Part shown: piece after piece, positions 27,424 through 37,399 of the stretch
Layout of the letters: every line of letters begins with the position of its first letter
How positions within the stretch are numbered: the stretch's first letter is position 1
NCBI GenBank assembly: GCA_034008115.1
Contig: JAVEPM010000003.1
Coordinates: forward strand, 3,210-67,209
From: Methanolobus sp.
GTDB lineage: Archaea > Halobacteriota > Methanosarcinia > Methanosarcinales > Methanosarcinaceae
Direction of reading: 5' to 3'
Length of the DNA: 64,000 nucleotides
Notes under the pieces: generated by a model
What the model was told of the DNA's origin: nothing
The model's input: the letters and a program-made list of their open reading frames with translations, nothing else
Databases searched by the model: none
Position numbers and translations under genes: made by a program

Positions 27424-28449
27424 ATGAATGACATAATAATATGGTTTTTAATAGTTCTTTGCCTGATTCAATCCGGTATATTTTCCGGTCTTACAATAGG
27501 CATGTTCGGCCTTAGTCGTCTTCGTCTTGAGATTGAGGCTGAGGCTAAGAATGAGAACGCAAGGAAAGTACTGGAACTAAGGCACAATTCTCACCTGTTG
27601 CTCTCTACTTTACTATGGGGTAATATTGGCATCAATGTTCTTCTCACATTGCTGACTGATTCAGTAATGACTGGAGCTTCAGCTTTTGTTTTATCTACAG
27701 TTCTCCTTACGCTTTTTGGTGAGCTAGCTCCGCAGGCCTATTTCACGAGAAATTCCTTAAAACTTGGAGCTATGTTAGCCCCACTTATAAAATTATACAT
27801 AGTGCTACTCTATCCGGTTGCAAAGCCATCCTCAATGATTCTGGATTTGTGGCTTGGAAAAGAGAAAATGGAATTCTTCAAAGAGCGCTCCCTCAAAATT
27901 ATGCTCAATAAGCATATAATTTCAGAAAGTAGTGATATTGACCGTCTTGAAGGCCTTGGTGCCTTGAACTTCCTTTCCATAGATGATCTTTATGTCAAAC
28001 AGGTAGGTTCTGTGATCACCCCCTCAAGCATAATTTCCCTGCCTATCTTTGATGGTCTTGTTATATTTCCATCTCCTGAAAAACCAGAGTACAACACATT
28101 ACTGGAAAAGTTAGCTTTCAATTTAAGAAAATGGGCCATAGTAGTGAATGAGGCAAATGAACCAGTGATGGCCATAGATTCAGGTTCTTTCCTAAGGGAT
28201 GGGATATACAAAAAGAAGACGTTCAATCCTTATCATTACTGCCATCGTCCTATAATTGTTAATGACCCTAATGAAAAGATCGGTGATGTACTTCATAAAT
28301 TAAAGGTGTACCCTGTAGATTCTGAGGATGACGTGATAGATAACGACCTGATCATTTACTGGAGCAAAAAAGACTCTGAAAAGAAAATCATAACAGGTTC
28401 AGATATCTTAGGTCGCCTCCTTAGAGGGATAGTTGTAAGGGTTAAATAA
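27424..28449 (+). CDS. DUF21/CNNM domain membrane protein
   Basis: SGIFSGLTIGMFGL, LLSTLLWGNIGINV, FGELAPQAY, YPVAKP; CBS pair degenerate; start at ATG 27424. Confidence 0.85.
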   Translation: MNDIIIWFLIVLCLIQSGIFSGLTIGMFGLSRLRLEIEAEAKNENARKVLELRHNSHLLLSTLLWGNIGINVLLTLLTDSVMTGASAFVLSTVLLTLFGELAPQAYFTRNSLKLGAMLAPLIKLYIVLLYPVAKPSSMILDLWLGKEKMEFFKERSLKIMLNKHIISESSDIDRLEGLGALNFLSIDDLYVKQVGSVITPSSIISLPIFDGLVIFPSPEKPEYNTLLEKLAFNLRKWAIVVNEANEPVMAIDSGSFLRDGIYKKKTFNPYHYCHRPIIVNDPNEKIGDVLHKLKVYPVDSEDDVIDNDLIIYWSKKDSEKKIITGSDILGRLLRGIVVRVK

Positions 28450-28548
28450 AAAATATCTATTATATTGGCTCTGTAGAAACCCTCACTCTTTTAATTAGCG
28501 TATGCAGAAAAAGAGTTGAAAGCAACAGATTATTTCATTCACCTTTTC

Positions 28549-28633
28549 GGATTGTGCCGGCTTTGTCTTACCCTTCGGGATGGGGTTTCTATTCAAATAA
28601 CAATACAACCATCCGCCGCAGGCGGCACGTTCC
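28549..28633 (+). repeat. GC-rich hairpin repeat, copy 1 (MITE/REP-like)
   Basis: 5' ggattgtgccggctttg..ccttcgggatgg and 3' ccatccgccgcaggcggcacgttcc; ends form an imperfect inverted repeat. Confidence 0.7.
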
Positions 28634-28725
28634 TTTATTATAAGCCTGCACACTATTGAAAAAAAGACTTGTTGATGTTTGCTTAGTTAAAACTTGCAAT
28701 TAATAGATTATTTTTTCATCTTTTT

Positions 28726-28888
28726 GGACTGCGCCGGCTTTGCCGGACCCTCCGGGATGGTTTAAGTTAATCATAACTTCCAATTATTATAAATTATTGT
28801 TCCCTGCAGCCTTGTGTTTCTGAAGCTTCACACAAAATCATTGATAAACAAAGAACAATGCAAGCACCCGCCGCAGGCGGCACGTTCC
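28726..28888 (+). repeat. GC-rich hairpin repeat, copy 2
   Basis: 5' ggactgcgccggctttgccggaccctccgggatgg and 3' cccgccgcaggcggcacgttcc, with a longer AT-rich spacer than copy 1. Confidence 0.7.
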
Positions 28889-29059
28889 TTCGCTCCCATC
28901 CTGAAAACTATTGAAATAATACAGTTATTGAATACTACTGAGTTTAAAAATGGAATTTACAGGATTTCTACAGAGCCTTTCCGTTATATTTACATCGCTG
29001 ATTACGACATCTTTAATAACTTAAAAAATCTAATAAGGTTAGACTCGGGAGGGGTCACT

Positions 29060-29581
29060 ATGAAAGAAAGAATTCAAAAAATAACAGGTGAAATAGATAA
29101 ACTCGTTGATAAGACAGGCAATGAGGCAGAGAAGATTGCTGACAGTGTAAAATCTTCAATTAAAGGCATTGCAGGGGATATTAAAAGCATAGACCTGCGT
29201 GAAGATATGAACAAAATATTAGAAGGTGTTGATGATCTTTCCAGAAAGACCGGGGATGGAGCCAAACATCTGGCTTCTGATCTTGGTGAACAACTCGATG
29301 TCCTTACAGAGAAGATCAATCTTGGAAGGAACTACGATAAAGTAAATACCGGACTGGATACACTCATCGAAACAACGGGTGATGAGGCTGCACATATCAC
29401 AGAAGACATAATTGATGCCATTAAGAAGATCACTGCTTCGATAAAGTCTGTCGATGTTAAGGAAGATGCAGGGGAAATTATGGATAAGGTCAAAGAACTG
29501 GCGCAAGCAACCGGAAAGGAAGCAGAAGATCTGGCATCTGATATAAAGCGAATGGTCAAGAAGCTTGGAAAGAAAGAATAA
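29060..29581 (+). CDS. Amphipathic alpha-helical repeat protein (apolipoprotein/LEA-like), function unknown
   Basis: Start at ATG 29060 after ggagg. Four TG-x-(E/G)-A repeats at residues 19, 64, 106 and 151; no W, F, C or P. Confidence 0.75.
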   Translation: MKERIQKITGEIDKLVDKTGNEAEKIADSVKSSIKGIAGDIKSIDLREDMNKILEGVDDLSRKTGDGAKHLASDLGEQLDVLTEKINLGRNYDKVNTGLDTLIETTGDEAAHITEDIIDAIKKITASIKSVDVKEDAGEIMDKVKELAQATGKEAEDLASDIKRMVKKLGKKE

Positions 29582-29625
29582 TCTGTTCTTTCATTTTTTT
29601 GATTATTTATTGATGGAATGGTTCA

Positions 29626-30474
29626 GTGGAATTAAATTTGCAGGACATTATAGACAAATTACTGCACATTAGCGCAACAGTTATTGTAGTAATTCTATTG
29701 CTGGTCCTGCTCAGTATTTTTATTAAGCAATTAAAAAAAAAGCTTCTTCTTAAGGCAAATACGAAAAAACAACGCACAAACATAAATATATTCAGTCAAA
29801 TATTCAGGTATTTTATCTCTCTTCTTATTGTATTCTTTGCAGTTCTTACATACTCCGGTGCATGGTCAGGATTTGGTGTATTCCTTGGTCTGCTTTCAGC
29901 AGCTATTGGTTTTGCCCTTCAGAAGCCTATCACAGGTATAGCAGCCTGGGTTATGGTTGTCACTAAAAGGCCCTTTGATATAGGTGACAGGATAATCTTG
30001 GGTGATGTTAAGGGTGATGTTATCGATATCAACCTGACACATGTACATGTAATGGAAATAGGAGGGCTGATCGGTGGTGAAGAGAACTCAGGGAGAATGT
30101 TGATGATCCCAAACTGGATGCTTTTTGAGAAGAATATCATCAATTACACTTCTAACAATGACTTTGTTCTGGATAGTGTGATAGTTAATGTGACTTACGA
30201 GAGCAACCTTGATCATGCAATTGAAATAGTTGATCTTGCAGCCCGTAAGTTCCTTGCAGGTATTATCAGCACAAGTCCGGAAAGTCCCCATATAAAGCTT
30301 GAATTTCAGGCAAGTGGAATAGATTTACATATTAAGTACTTTTCTCCAGCCCGCCAGTTAAATAAATATTCCACGAAGATCACAAAGGAGATATTTGATC
30401 GGATAAAAGCAGCCGATGATGTGGAAATAGCTTATCCTCATACTGAAGTGGTTTTTCATAAAAAGAAAGGATAA
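29626..30474 (+). CDS. MscS-family mechanosensitive channel
   Basis: GFALQKPI, KRPFDIGDRI, IPNWML, VEIAYPH. Confidence 0.88.
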   Translation: MELNLQDIIDKLLHISATVIVVILLLVLLSIFIKQLKKKLLLKANTKKQRTNINIFSQIFRYFISLLIVFFAVLTYSGAWSGFGVFLGLLSAAIGFALQKPITGIAAWVMVVTKRPFDIGDRIILGDVKGDVIDINLTHVHVMEIGGLIGGEENSGRMLMIPNWMLFEKNIINYTSNNDFVLDSVIVNVTYESNLDHAIEIVDLAARKFLAGIISTSPESPHIKLEFQASGIDLHIKYFSPARQLNKYSTKITKEIFDRIKAADDVEIAYPHTEVVFHKKKG

Positions 30475-30488
30475 AGATCATTCCAGGA

Positions 30489-33215
30489 TTACCACTTAAA
30501 GAAACGGGTAACAAATGCTGAGTCTTTCCTGATGGCATACTTTCTGAATTCATCTATTCCCAGTAGCAGCAGGGCAAATGGCACTGCTATGAGTACATAT
30601 TTAATGGATATTGCTGCTGTGTTGAATACAAGGTTTCCCAGTGGGTTGTAGACGATGAAAATCAGTATCAGAAGCTCACTGGCTATGCCAAGGAGCATCA
30701 TACGATTGCTGAAAAGTCCCTTTGTCAATACGGATTGTCGTCTGGTCCTTGATGTGAATACGTTTGCTATCTGACAGACAATGACAGCTGCAAAGAAGGC
30801 TGTTATGGCCTGCATGTAAAGAGTATCTGTGAATGGAAGGTTCTGGCCCCATGTCCACCCACCATCCAGTAGCACTGCAAAGTAGCATGCAAATCCTGCA
30901 GCAGCTTCAATAGGCCCCTTGATGCCATAGGATGTAAGCAGGACCTGAGCTGTCAACAGTTTTTCTTCCCTGGAACGTGGAGGACGTTTCATAATATCCC
31001 CCTCTCCTTTTTCAACTGCGAGGGATAATGCCGGAATTATATCGGTTCCAAGGTCAATGGCAAGGATGAGCTGCACGTTTATTGGTAATGGAACTGACAG
31101 TAGTACAAAAGCGATGAATGGTAATATTTCAGGAACATTACTTGTGAGGATGTAGGCTATGAATTTCTTGATATTATCAAAGACTATCCTGCCTTCTTCT
31201 ATTGCATTGACAATGGTTGCAAAGTTATCATCGAGCAGCACCATGTCGGCTGCTTCCCTGGCAACGTCCGTGCCACTTCCCATGGCAACTCCCATGTCTG
31301 CATTCTTCATGGCCGGTGCATCATTGACACCATCTCCGGTCATTGTTACGATTTCACCTGATGCCTGGAAAGCACGCACTATTTTGAGTTTCTGTACAGG
31401 AGATGTACGTGCAAATACAATGCTTGGAGCTTTCAGCCTTTTTATAAGCTCTTCTGTTGAGAGTTCTTCAAGTTCCGTACCAGTGATCAACTCTGGTTCT
31501 TCGTGGTCATTGCTTAGGCCCACAGTTGCAGCGATAGAGCGTGCAGTTATCGGATGGTCACCCGTTATCATTACCACCTTGATACCAGCTAGATGACATT
31601 TTTTGATGGCATCTCTGACCTCAGGACGAGGTGGGTCTACAGCGCCTGCAAATGCAATAAAGGTGAAACCATCTTCATATTCGTTTGCGCTGTCGGCTTT
31701 TCTGTAAGCAAAGGCAAGTACTCTTTCTCCTTTCTTTGCCATGACGATGTGTTCTTCTTCAAGGACCTTTTTTTGTTTATCGTCAAGTACTTCCTCTTTC
31801 CCACCAACGAGTATGTGGCTGCACATATCGATAATAACTTCCGGTGCTCCTTTTAGGTATGATTCCTTTTTTTCGCCTGGCGTTTTGCAGATAACCTGCA
31901 TTCTCTCTTTTTTGGAATCGAACGGATATTCCTGTATCCTGGGATATTCGTTCTTTGTTTTCTCGATATCTGTAAAATCACTGGCATAAACGAGTAAAGA
32001 ACCTTCGGTGGGATCGCCTTTGTATCCGGGTTTTTCTTCAGTGAGCCTTGAATTATTGCATATGGTAGCCACACGCAGAAAAATCTCCGGCGGAGGGGGC
32101 TTTTTATCCACATCCAGATGTCCGGTGCCGGTATAAACGGAATGAATGGTCATCTTGTTCTGTGTAAGGGTTCCTGTTTTATCAGTACAGATAACAGTTG
32201 TGGAACCTAATGTTTCAACGGATTCCAGTTGTTTTATGAGAGCATCTCTTTTTGCCATTCTTTTTGATGCAAGGCTCAGGGCAAGTGTTACCGTTGGCAG
32301 AAGTCCTTCAGGTACATTTGCAACAATGATCCCAATGGCAAAAATGAGGTTTGACAGGAAAGTATCCTGAATAAGGAAACCTGCCAGAAAAAAGGAAATT
32401 CCAAGAAAGATGGCAATTGCAGAAATGATTTTGATGAAGTGATTGAGTTCTTTTCGAATTGGAGTATCCACAGAAGATGTCTGTTCAGTCAGAACTGCCA
32501 GTTTGCCAATCTGTGTATCCGAACCAGTTCCGACTACAATGACCTTACCATTTCCGGTCTGGACAAGCGTTCCTGAGAAAACCATATTCCTGCACTCCAG
32601 TATACTGGTATGTGTGCATTCCAGTGAACGCAGTTGTGGTTCTGCCTCTCCGGTTATCGGCGAGTTGTCAACTTTAAGAGAGTTCTCTTCGATAATCCTG
32701 CCATCTGCAGGAACCTTGTCACCTTCTTCAAGGTAGACAAGATCACCTACCACTATTTCGGTGGCTAGTATATCTGTGATCTTCCCGTCCCGAAAAACCC
32801 GGGCCTTTGGCGGTATGAGATCTTTGAAACTTGCCATTATCCTTTCAGCCTGGTATTCCTGGATGAATGTGAAACTACTATTGAGTATCACAACTCCAAG
32901 CAAGGCTATAGCTATGAAAATATTACCCTGTCCCGGGTCAAGCCACTCAGCAATAAACGAGAGTACGGAACCAAATAAAAGCAGAAGAGAAAAGAAGTTC
33001 TTATATTGTTTGAAATACTTGACCAGAATACTTTCTTTCCCAGTTTCTTCAAAAACGTTCCTTCCACACAGAGCTATTCTTCGAACTGCCTCTTCAGAAG
33101 ATAAGCCTGTGGCTGTTGTATCAATTCTTTTCAGAATATCTTCAAGTGGAACACTGTGTTCATCACCTTTTGATCTGCATTGAAAGTTCCTTTCTTCTGG
33201 CACTTCGTTACCCAC
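30489..33215 (-). CDS. P-type ATPase, P2C (Na,K/H,K-ATPase-like)
   Basis: TGEAEPQ, IVANVPEGL, DKTGTLT, MITGDH, TGDGVND, YILTSNVPE, IDLGTDIIPALSLAVE. Confidence 0.93.
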   Translation of the reverse strand: MGNEVPEERNFQCRSKGDEHSVPLEDILKRIDTTATGLSSEEAVRRIALCGRNVFEETGKESILVKYFKQYKNFFSLLLLFGSVLSFIAEWLDPGQGNIFIAIALLGVVILNSSFTFIQEYQAERIMASFKDLIPPKARVFRDGKITDILATEIVVGDLVYLEEGDKVPADGRIIEENSLKVDNSPITGEAEPQLRSLECTHTSILECRNMVFSGTLVQTGNGKVIVVGTGSDTQIGKLAVLTEQTSSVDTPIRKELNHFIKIISAIAIFLGISFFLAGFLIQDTFLSNLIFAIGIIVANVPEGLLPTVTLALSLASKRMAKRDALIKQLESVETLGSTTVICTDKTGTLTQNKMTIHSVYTGTGHLDVDKKPPPPEIFLRVATICNNSRLTEEKPGYKGDPTEGSLLVYASDFTDIEKTKNEYPRIQEYPFDSKKERMQVICKTPGEKKESYLKGAPEVIIDMCSHILVGGKEEVLDDKQKKVLEEEHIVMAKKGERVLAFAYRKADSANEYEDGFTFIAFAGAVDPPRPEVRDAIKKCHLAGIKVVMITGDHPITARSIAATVGLSNDHEEPELITGTELEELSTEELIKRLKAPSIVFARTSPVQKLKIVRAFQASGEIVTMTGDGVNDAPAMKNADMGVAMGSGTDVAREAADMVLLDDNFATIVNAIEEGRIVFDNIKKFIAYILTSNVPEILPFIAFVLLSVPLPINVQLILAIDLGTDIIPALSLAVEKGEGDIMKRPPRSREEKLLTAQVLLTSYGIKGPIEAAAGFACYFAVLLDGGWTWGQNLPFTDTLYMQAITAFFAAVIVCQIANVFTSRTRRQSVLTKGLFSNRMMLLGIASELLILIFIVYNPLGNLVFNTAAISIKYVLIAVPFALLLLGIDEFRKYAIRKDSAFVTRFFKW

Positions 33216-33289
33216 ACTTAATCTGATTTATGCTATAATCGGATAAAATCATTGTGATTGTTGTGCTTACATATAGATGCAAACAGATG

Positions 33290-33904
33290 TCACTGAAATG
33301 ATGTGTAGATATTCCAGAGTCCAAGGGAAATAAAATTGACAGCCATTGCTGCAAGTAACAAACCCATAAGCCTTGTAAATACCAGCATTCCGGTATGTCC
33401 CAGATATTTGTACACTCTTCTGGAGAAATGGAGCAATACCCAGGTCATTGCAAAAGTGAAAATAATTGCAAACATGACTAACATATTTTGTAATATTGAA
33501 GATGCACTTCCCATAAGAACAATTACAGTAGTGATGGTGCCCGGGCCTGCTAAAAGCGGTAGAGCAATGGGAAATATCCATATATCGCTGCGGTCCATTG
33601 ATTTGTTTATTTCTGTATCTGTTATGCTTCCACGGGAAACCTTTGCAAGTATCATATCAAAGCCCACAGTAAAAAGCAATACTCCTCCAGCTACCCTCAA
33701 CGCGTCAATGCTTATTCCAAAGAAGTTCAGTATTATTTTTCCGGTTATGGCAAAAAACAAAGCAATGGTGCAGGCAAGGATTACAGATTTTGTAGCAAGT
33801 ACGTTTTTTTCATCCACCATCATATCACTTGTCAATGATACGAATGTAATAACTGCGCCAATTGGGCTGACTATGACAAACAGGGAACTGAATGCGTATA
33901 TCAA
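33290..33904 (-). CDS. MarC-family membrane protein
   Basis: IVSPIG, LRVAGGVLL, PIALPLLAGPGTI, RLMGLLLAAMAV. Confidence 0.92.
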   Translation of the reverse strand: MIYAFSSLFVIVSPIGAVITFVSLTSDMMVDEKNVLATKSVILACTIALFFAITGKIILNFFGISIDALRVAGGVLLFTVGFDMILAKVSRGSITDTEINKSMDRSDIWIFPIALPLLAGPGTITTVIVLMGSASSILQNMLVMFAIIFTFAMTWVLLHFSRRVYKYLGHTGMLVFTRLMGLLLAAMAVNFISLGLWNIYTSFQ

Positions 33905-34261
33905 AAATGTGATGTTATCCGTTTTCGTTCCTCCTTCTTGCTCAGTCGGTGGGAGTTCATCATTATAAATACATAAGAGTTGTGGTTGCTAAAAAGCAAG
34001 TATATTGCTAAAACTGGGCAAGGCAAAAGTGATTCAGAGGATGGTAAAGAGAAACAAGTAAAGAGTTGCTTACATTAGAACAAAAATGTAAGTAATGCAG
34101 CAAAAGTCAAAATAACCAAATCCAAAAAAATCTGCTGGATAGAAAAAATACGATGCTAAGTTATATTTATCCTCCAGCTTACGCAAGGGGACTTTTGCTT
34201 CAGGTGTAAAAATCCTATAAACAGGTTATTTATTAAAAAGCAGTTAATCTCCCAAGTAGCA

Positions 34262-34720
34262 TTATCCTTCAAGTACCCTTATTAGTTCCTCAATGTCGGG
34301 AAGCTCGTGAATTGGATATTTCTTGAAAAATATGATCTTCTGATTTTCATCAATAATTATGTTAGCCCGTTCTGACATTCCTTCTTCCTGCATGAATATA
34401 CCATAGTTTTGTGCTACTTCGCCATGGGGCCAGAAATCAGACAGGAAATCTATGTGAGTGACACCAAGATCTTTTGCCCAGGCCTCTTTCGATGGTGCAG
34501 GATCAACACTTATACCAAAAGCCACAGTGTTTAGATCTTTAAAACGTTCATGATTTTCTTCCAGTGACTTCATCTGCTCTGCACAGGTACCTGTCCAGGC
34601 AAGTGGATGGAAAGATAACAGAACTTTTTTGTCCTTGAAATCATACAGATGTACTTTTTCTCTTTTTTGGTTCTCTAATGTGAAATCCTTTATGTTATCC
34701 CCAATTTTAATTTTGTTCAT
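34262..34720 (-). CDS. Peroxiredoxin (AhpE/BCP-like)
   Basis: FHPLAWTGTCAEQM (PxxxTxxC), LSDFWPHG, ERA. Confidence 0.9.
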   Translation of the reverse strand: MNKIKIGDNIKDFTLENQKREKVHLYDFKDKKVLLSFHPLAWTGTCAEQMKSLEENHERFKDLNTVAFGISVDPAPSKEAWAKDLGVTHIDFLSDFWPHGEVAQNYGIFMQEEGMSERANIIIDENQKIIFFKKYPIHELPDIEELIRVLEG

Positions 34721-34931
34721 TAATAATTCCCCGATTTAACAATGATTGTAATGTAATTAAAGGTAGTGTTCTTGTTTTGATCTGAGCAATAAAACCCGCC
34801 AGAAATATTATGATACAAAAGAGAAAATATCCCAACTTTGACGTAAAAAGTAATCTATGTGTTCTTAATTTTGTTTATAGCGACAAAATACAAGCAAAAC
34901 TAAGAACATGCGATATTATTGTTTTCCACTC

Positions 34932-35162
34932 TTAACCATCATTTCCAATAGCATCAGCAGGGCAGGCATCAAGTGCATTTTCGCAATCTGTTTTCTCCTC
35001 ATCGTTTTCAGGCTGCTTGAAAACATATGCAGTGGAATCATCATCTTTCATCTTGAAATTTTCCGGTGCTTCGTTTACACACAGATGGCACCCAATACAG
35101 TCATCGTCCACATAATAAGCGCCATCAACATTATCCTCTAACTTATTTTCTTTCATTGCCAT
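34932..35162 (-). CDS. Ferredoxin (single cluster)
   Basis: CIGCHLC...CPADAI. Confidence 0.92.
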   Translation of the reverse strand: MAMKENKLEDNVDGAYYVDDDCIGCHLCVNEAPENFKMKDDDSTAYVFKQPENDEEKTDCENALDACPADAIGNDG

Positions 35163-35245
35163 TGTATTTCCCCACTCAATTTAATAATGGAACTATAATA
35201 ACTAATACCCTTAATAATAAGGGTATCAGTTATGGATTCATAATT

Positions 35246-35509
35246 TTATTTTTTATCTTTTCTCCAGTAATTATTAGCTGCAGCTATTGTTTGAAATTCA
35301 ATCGCTACAACTTGGCTTGCTGCAATAAGACTATCAGGATCTATAGAATATATCTTCCGCCCTTCTTTTAAGACATCAAGATCTGGTTGAATGTTATGGA
35401 CTGTGTGACGAGCTATTAACATAGCTAATTCACGTCCTTTTTCAGGAGTATCAGTAATCAATGTACCCCCTGGTATCATAACTAACTCTGAATCTGGTAA
35501 ACGGTTCAT
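35246..35509 (-). CDS. Hexameric tyrosine-coordinated heme protein (HTHP family)
   Basis: LITDTPEKGRELA...QPD...IYSIDPDSLIAASQVVAIEFQTIAAANNYW matches the HTHP consensus, including the Tyr ligand. Confidence 0.85.
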   Translation of the reverse strand: MNRLPDSELVMIPGGTLITDTPEKGRELAMLIARHTVHNIQPDLDVLKEGRKIYSIDPDSLIAASQVVAIEFQTIAAANNYWRKDKK

Positions 35510-35557
35510 AGAACTCCCCTTGTTTATTAATATTTAAATGTATGTGACGATCTATAT

Positions 35558-35935
35558 TTATTTTAACTGTTTCAATGCATCCCTGCAGGCTGCAACAGCA
35601 GGTGCGCCGGATGTGATAAATATTACGTCCATGGTTTCCATGATCTCTTCCTTGGTGGCGCCGTTCTTGAGGGCGCTTTGCATCTGGACAACCGCACATC
35701 TCTCGCACTGTTTGGATGCGACCACAGCAAGAGCCATCAGTATCTTCGTCTTTGCAGGCAATGCCCCATCTGATAACAACTTATGGTTGCAACGATTGTA
35801 TTTCTTTAGGAATTCAGGGTCTATGTCCCCGAGGGTTTCAAGGATCTGCGGAGTGAATCCTAGTTTGTCGCTCATACTACCAAGTAATTCTTTGTGCTCA
35901 AGTTCTTTATGTTCAGTCATATTTTTAACTCCCAC
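35558..35935 (-). CDS. Carboxymuconolactone decarboxylase / AhpD-like protein
   Basis: [20 protein letters not shown] (CxxC), [11 protein letters not shown]. Confidence 0.9.
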   Translation of the reverse strand: MGVKNMTEHKELEHKELLGSMSDKLGFTPQILETLGDIDPEFLKKYNRCNHKLLSDGALPAKTKILMALAVVASKQCERCAVVQMQSALKNGATKEEIMETMDVIFITSGAPAVAACRDALKQLK

Positions 35936-36208
35936 TTTATTTACAATGAATATCTGCCTGTATGATATTTATATTATTCCACAGCACTCTAAAATTAAAA
36001 AAATATTATATTGACTAAGTTTGGCAATCGGGATCTGAACAGTTAGCTTAGCATATATTTTTATAGTTAAGTAACTATGTTTATTTGTGGGTATTTCAAA
36101 AAATCCGAAAATATCTCGAAAAATTCCGAGTATTAGAACAGTTTCTAATTGTAACTGCTTAGGATTCGGGATATATTGAAATGTTACCAATAAAAGGGGA
36201 GTAGTTAA

Positions 36209-36535
36209 ATGAATAAAGATGAAAACTTAAAAGTGCCTTATCTGAAAGAAAATATTGAAAGATGCATGTGTTCAGTATGCCCTGTTCAGGCGGACAGTAA
36301 ATGCGCACAGGATAAGCTTGAAAGTTCAAAAAAGATGATGGCCGATCTGTCTGGAAACGACGTTCCGGCCGCTGGAGATGTTCCCGGAATCTATTGTTCC
36401 ACAGGTAAAGCAACTTGCCAGGACCTTGATCCTGACAAAAAATGCATTTGCAATACATGTGATGTCTGGAAAGAATATGTTCTGGAAAGTTCAAAACCAT
36501 CCATGTATTTCTGTAAGAAAGGCCGGGCAGAATAA
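36209..36535 (+). CDS. DUF2769 Cys-rich protein
   Basis: CMCSVCPV, GIYCSTGKATC, CICNTCDVW, YFCKKG. Confidence 0.8.
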   Translation: MNKDENLKVPYLKENIERCMCSVCPVQADSKCAQDKLESSKKMMADLSGNDVPAAGDVPGIYCSTGKATCQDLDPDKKCICNTCDVWKEYVLESSKPSMYFCKKGRAE

Positions 36536-36680
36536 TTCTTTGTTATGTGAAAACAACATTTGATGTTATTATTTCAACTGGATCTTTATTTATTAAAGAT
36601 CATTTCTTTTTTCTGTCTATTTTCTCCAAAATATTGATAATTAAGAAGACAACAAGATAAACTGTAGTTGCTTAATTGGG

Positions 36681-37040
36681 ATGAAAACAATGATTCGGTT
36701 AAAGAGAATTTATGACGAACCGTCACAAGAGGATGGTATCAGAATACTGGTGGACAAACTTTGGCCAAGGGGAATTAGTAAGGATAAGGCAGAACTTGAC
36801 ATGTGGTTAAAGGAAGTGGCTCCAAGCGACGACCTTAGAAAATGGTTCTCTCATGATCCCGGTAAGTGGAAAGGATTCAAAGAACGCTATTTCAGGGAAC
36901 TGGATCAAAAGACAGAATATGTTGATCAGGTCATTGAAAGGGCAGAAGATAATGATGTTACCCTACTCTATGCAGCAAAAGATGAGAAATATAATAACGC
37001 AGTTGTTCTGATGGAATATATAAAAAAAGGGAGGGATTAA
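36681..37040 (+). CDS. DUF488 (YeaO-like) protein
   Basis: KRIYD, RILVDKLWPRGISK, WLKEVAPSDDLRKWFSHD, LLYAAKD. Confidence 0.9.
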   Translation: MKTMIRLKRIYDEPSQEDGIRILVDKLWPRGISKDKAELDMWLKEVAPSDDLRKWFSHDPGKWKGFKERYFRELDQKTEYVDQVIERAEDNDVTLLYAAKDEKYNNAVVLMEYIKKGRD

Positions 37041-37042
37041 GC

Positions 37043-37267
37043 CTGCTGGCTAGCGATGACCTGAGACAGGAAGAACATAATGCAATAGACATCTACCCCG
37101 GACATATTGAAAAGTTACATGAATTTTTGGTTGTTTTTGTAGACCGATGCCACCATACCAAAGAAGAAGAGTTCTTTTTCCCAAAGCTGAAAAGCATAGC
37201 TGATAAAGGTCTCAAAGCTCCAAAAACTCCTTTTCTAATAGAAAAACTCAATAGCTTTGTAAGCTGA
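37043..37267 (+). pseudogene. Hemerythrin-domain gene remnant
   Basis: Manual translation: LLASDDLRQEEHNAIDIYPGHIEKLHEFLVVFVDRCHHTKEEEFFFPKL...*. First EH motif and CHHxKEE..FP present; no ATG, internal deletion, second half missing. Confidence 0.65.
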
Positions 37268-37399
37268 GTCCCAAATTAACGTATTCAATGAGCAAGTTCT
37301 TATCTTTAAAAGCCTTAATACTTACTGGGTGTGGCAGATATATATTATTTTAAAATCTGTTTCTGTAGTTCACACTTCTTTAGAACGGTGGAGAAAAAT

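Noticed and set aside
28814-29059. Long N-terminal extension of the repeat protein in the ORF track
   Set aside because: It runs through the hairpin repeat and non-coding-looking sequence; a strong ggagg precedes ATG 29060.
36100-36185. MsvR-like TTCG-N-CGAA operator between the divergent CMD and DUF2769 genes
   Set aside because: Only an imperfect match (ttcg-N8-tgaa) in AT-rich DNA; not distinguishable from chance.
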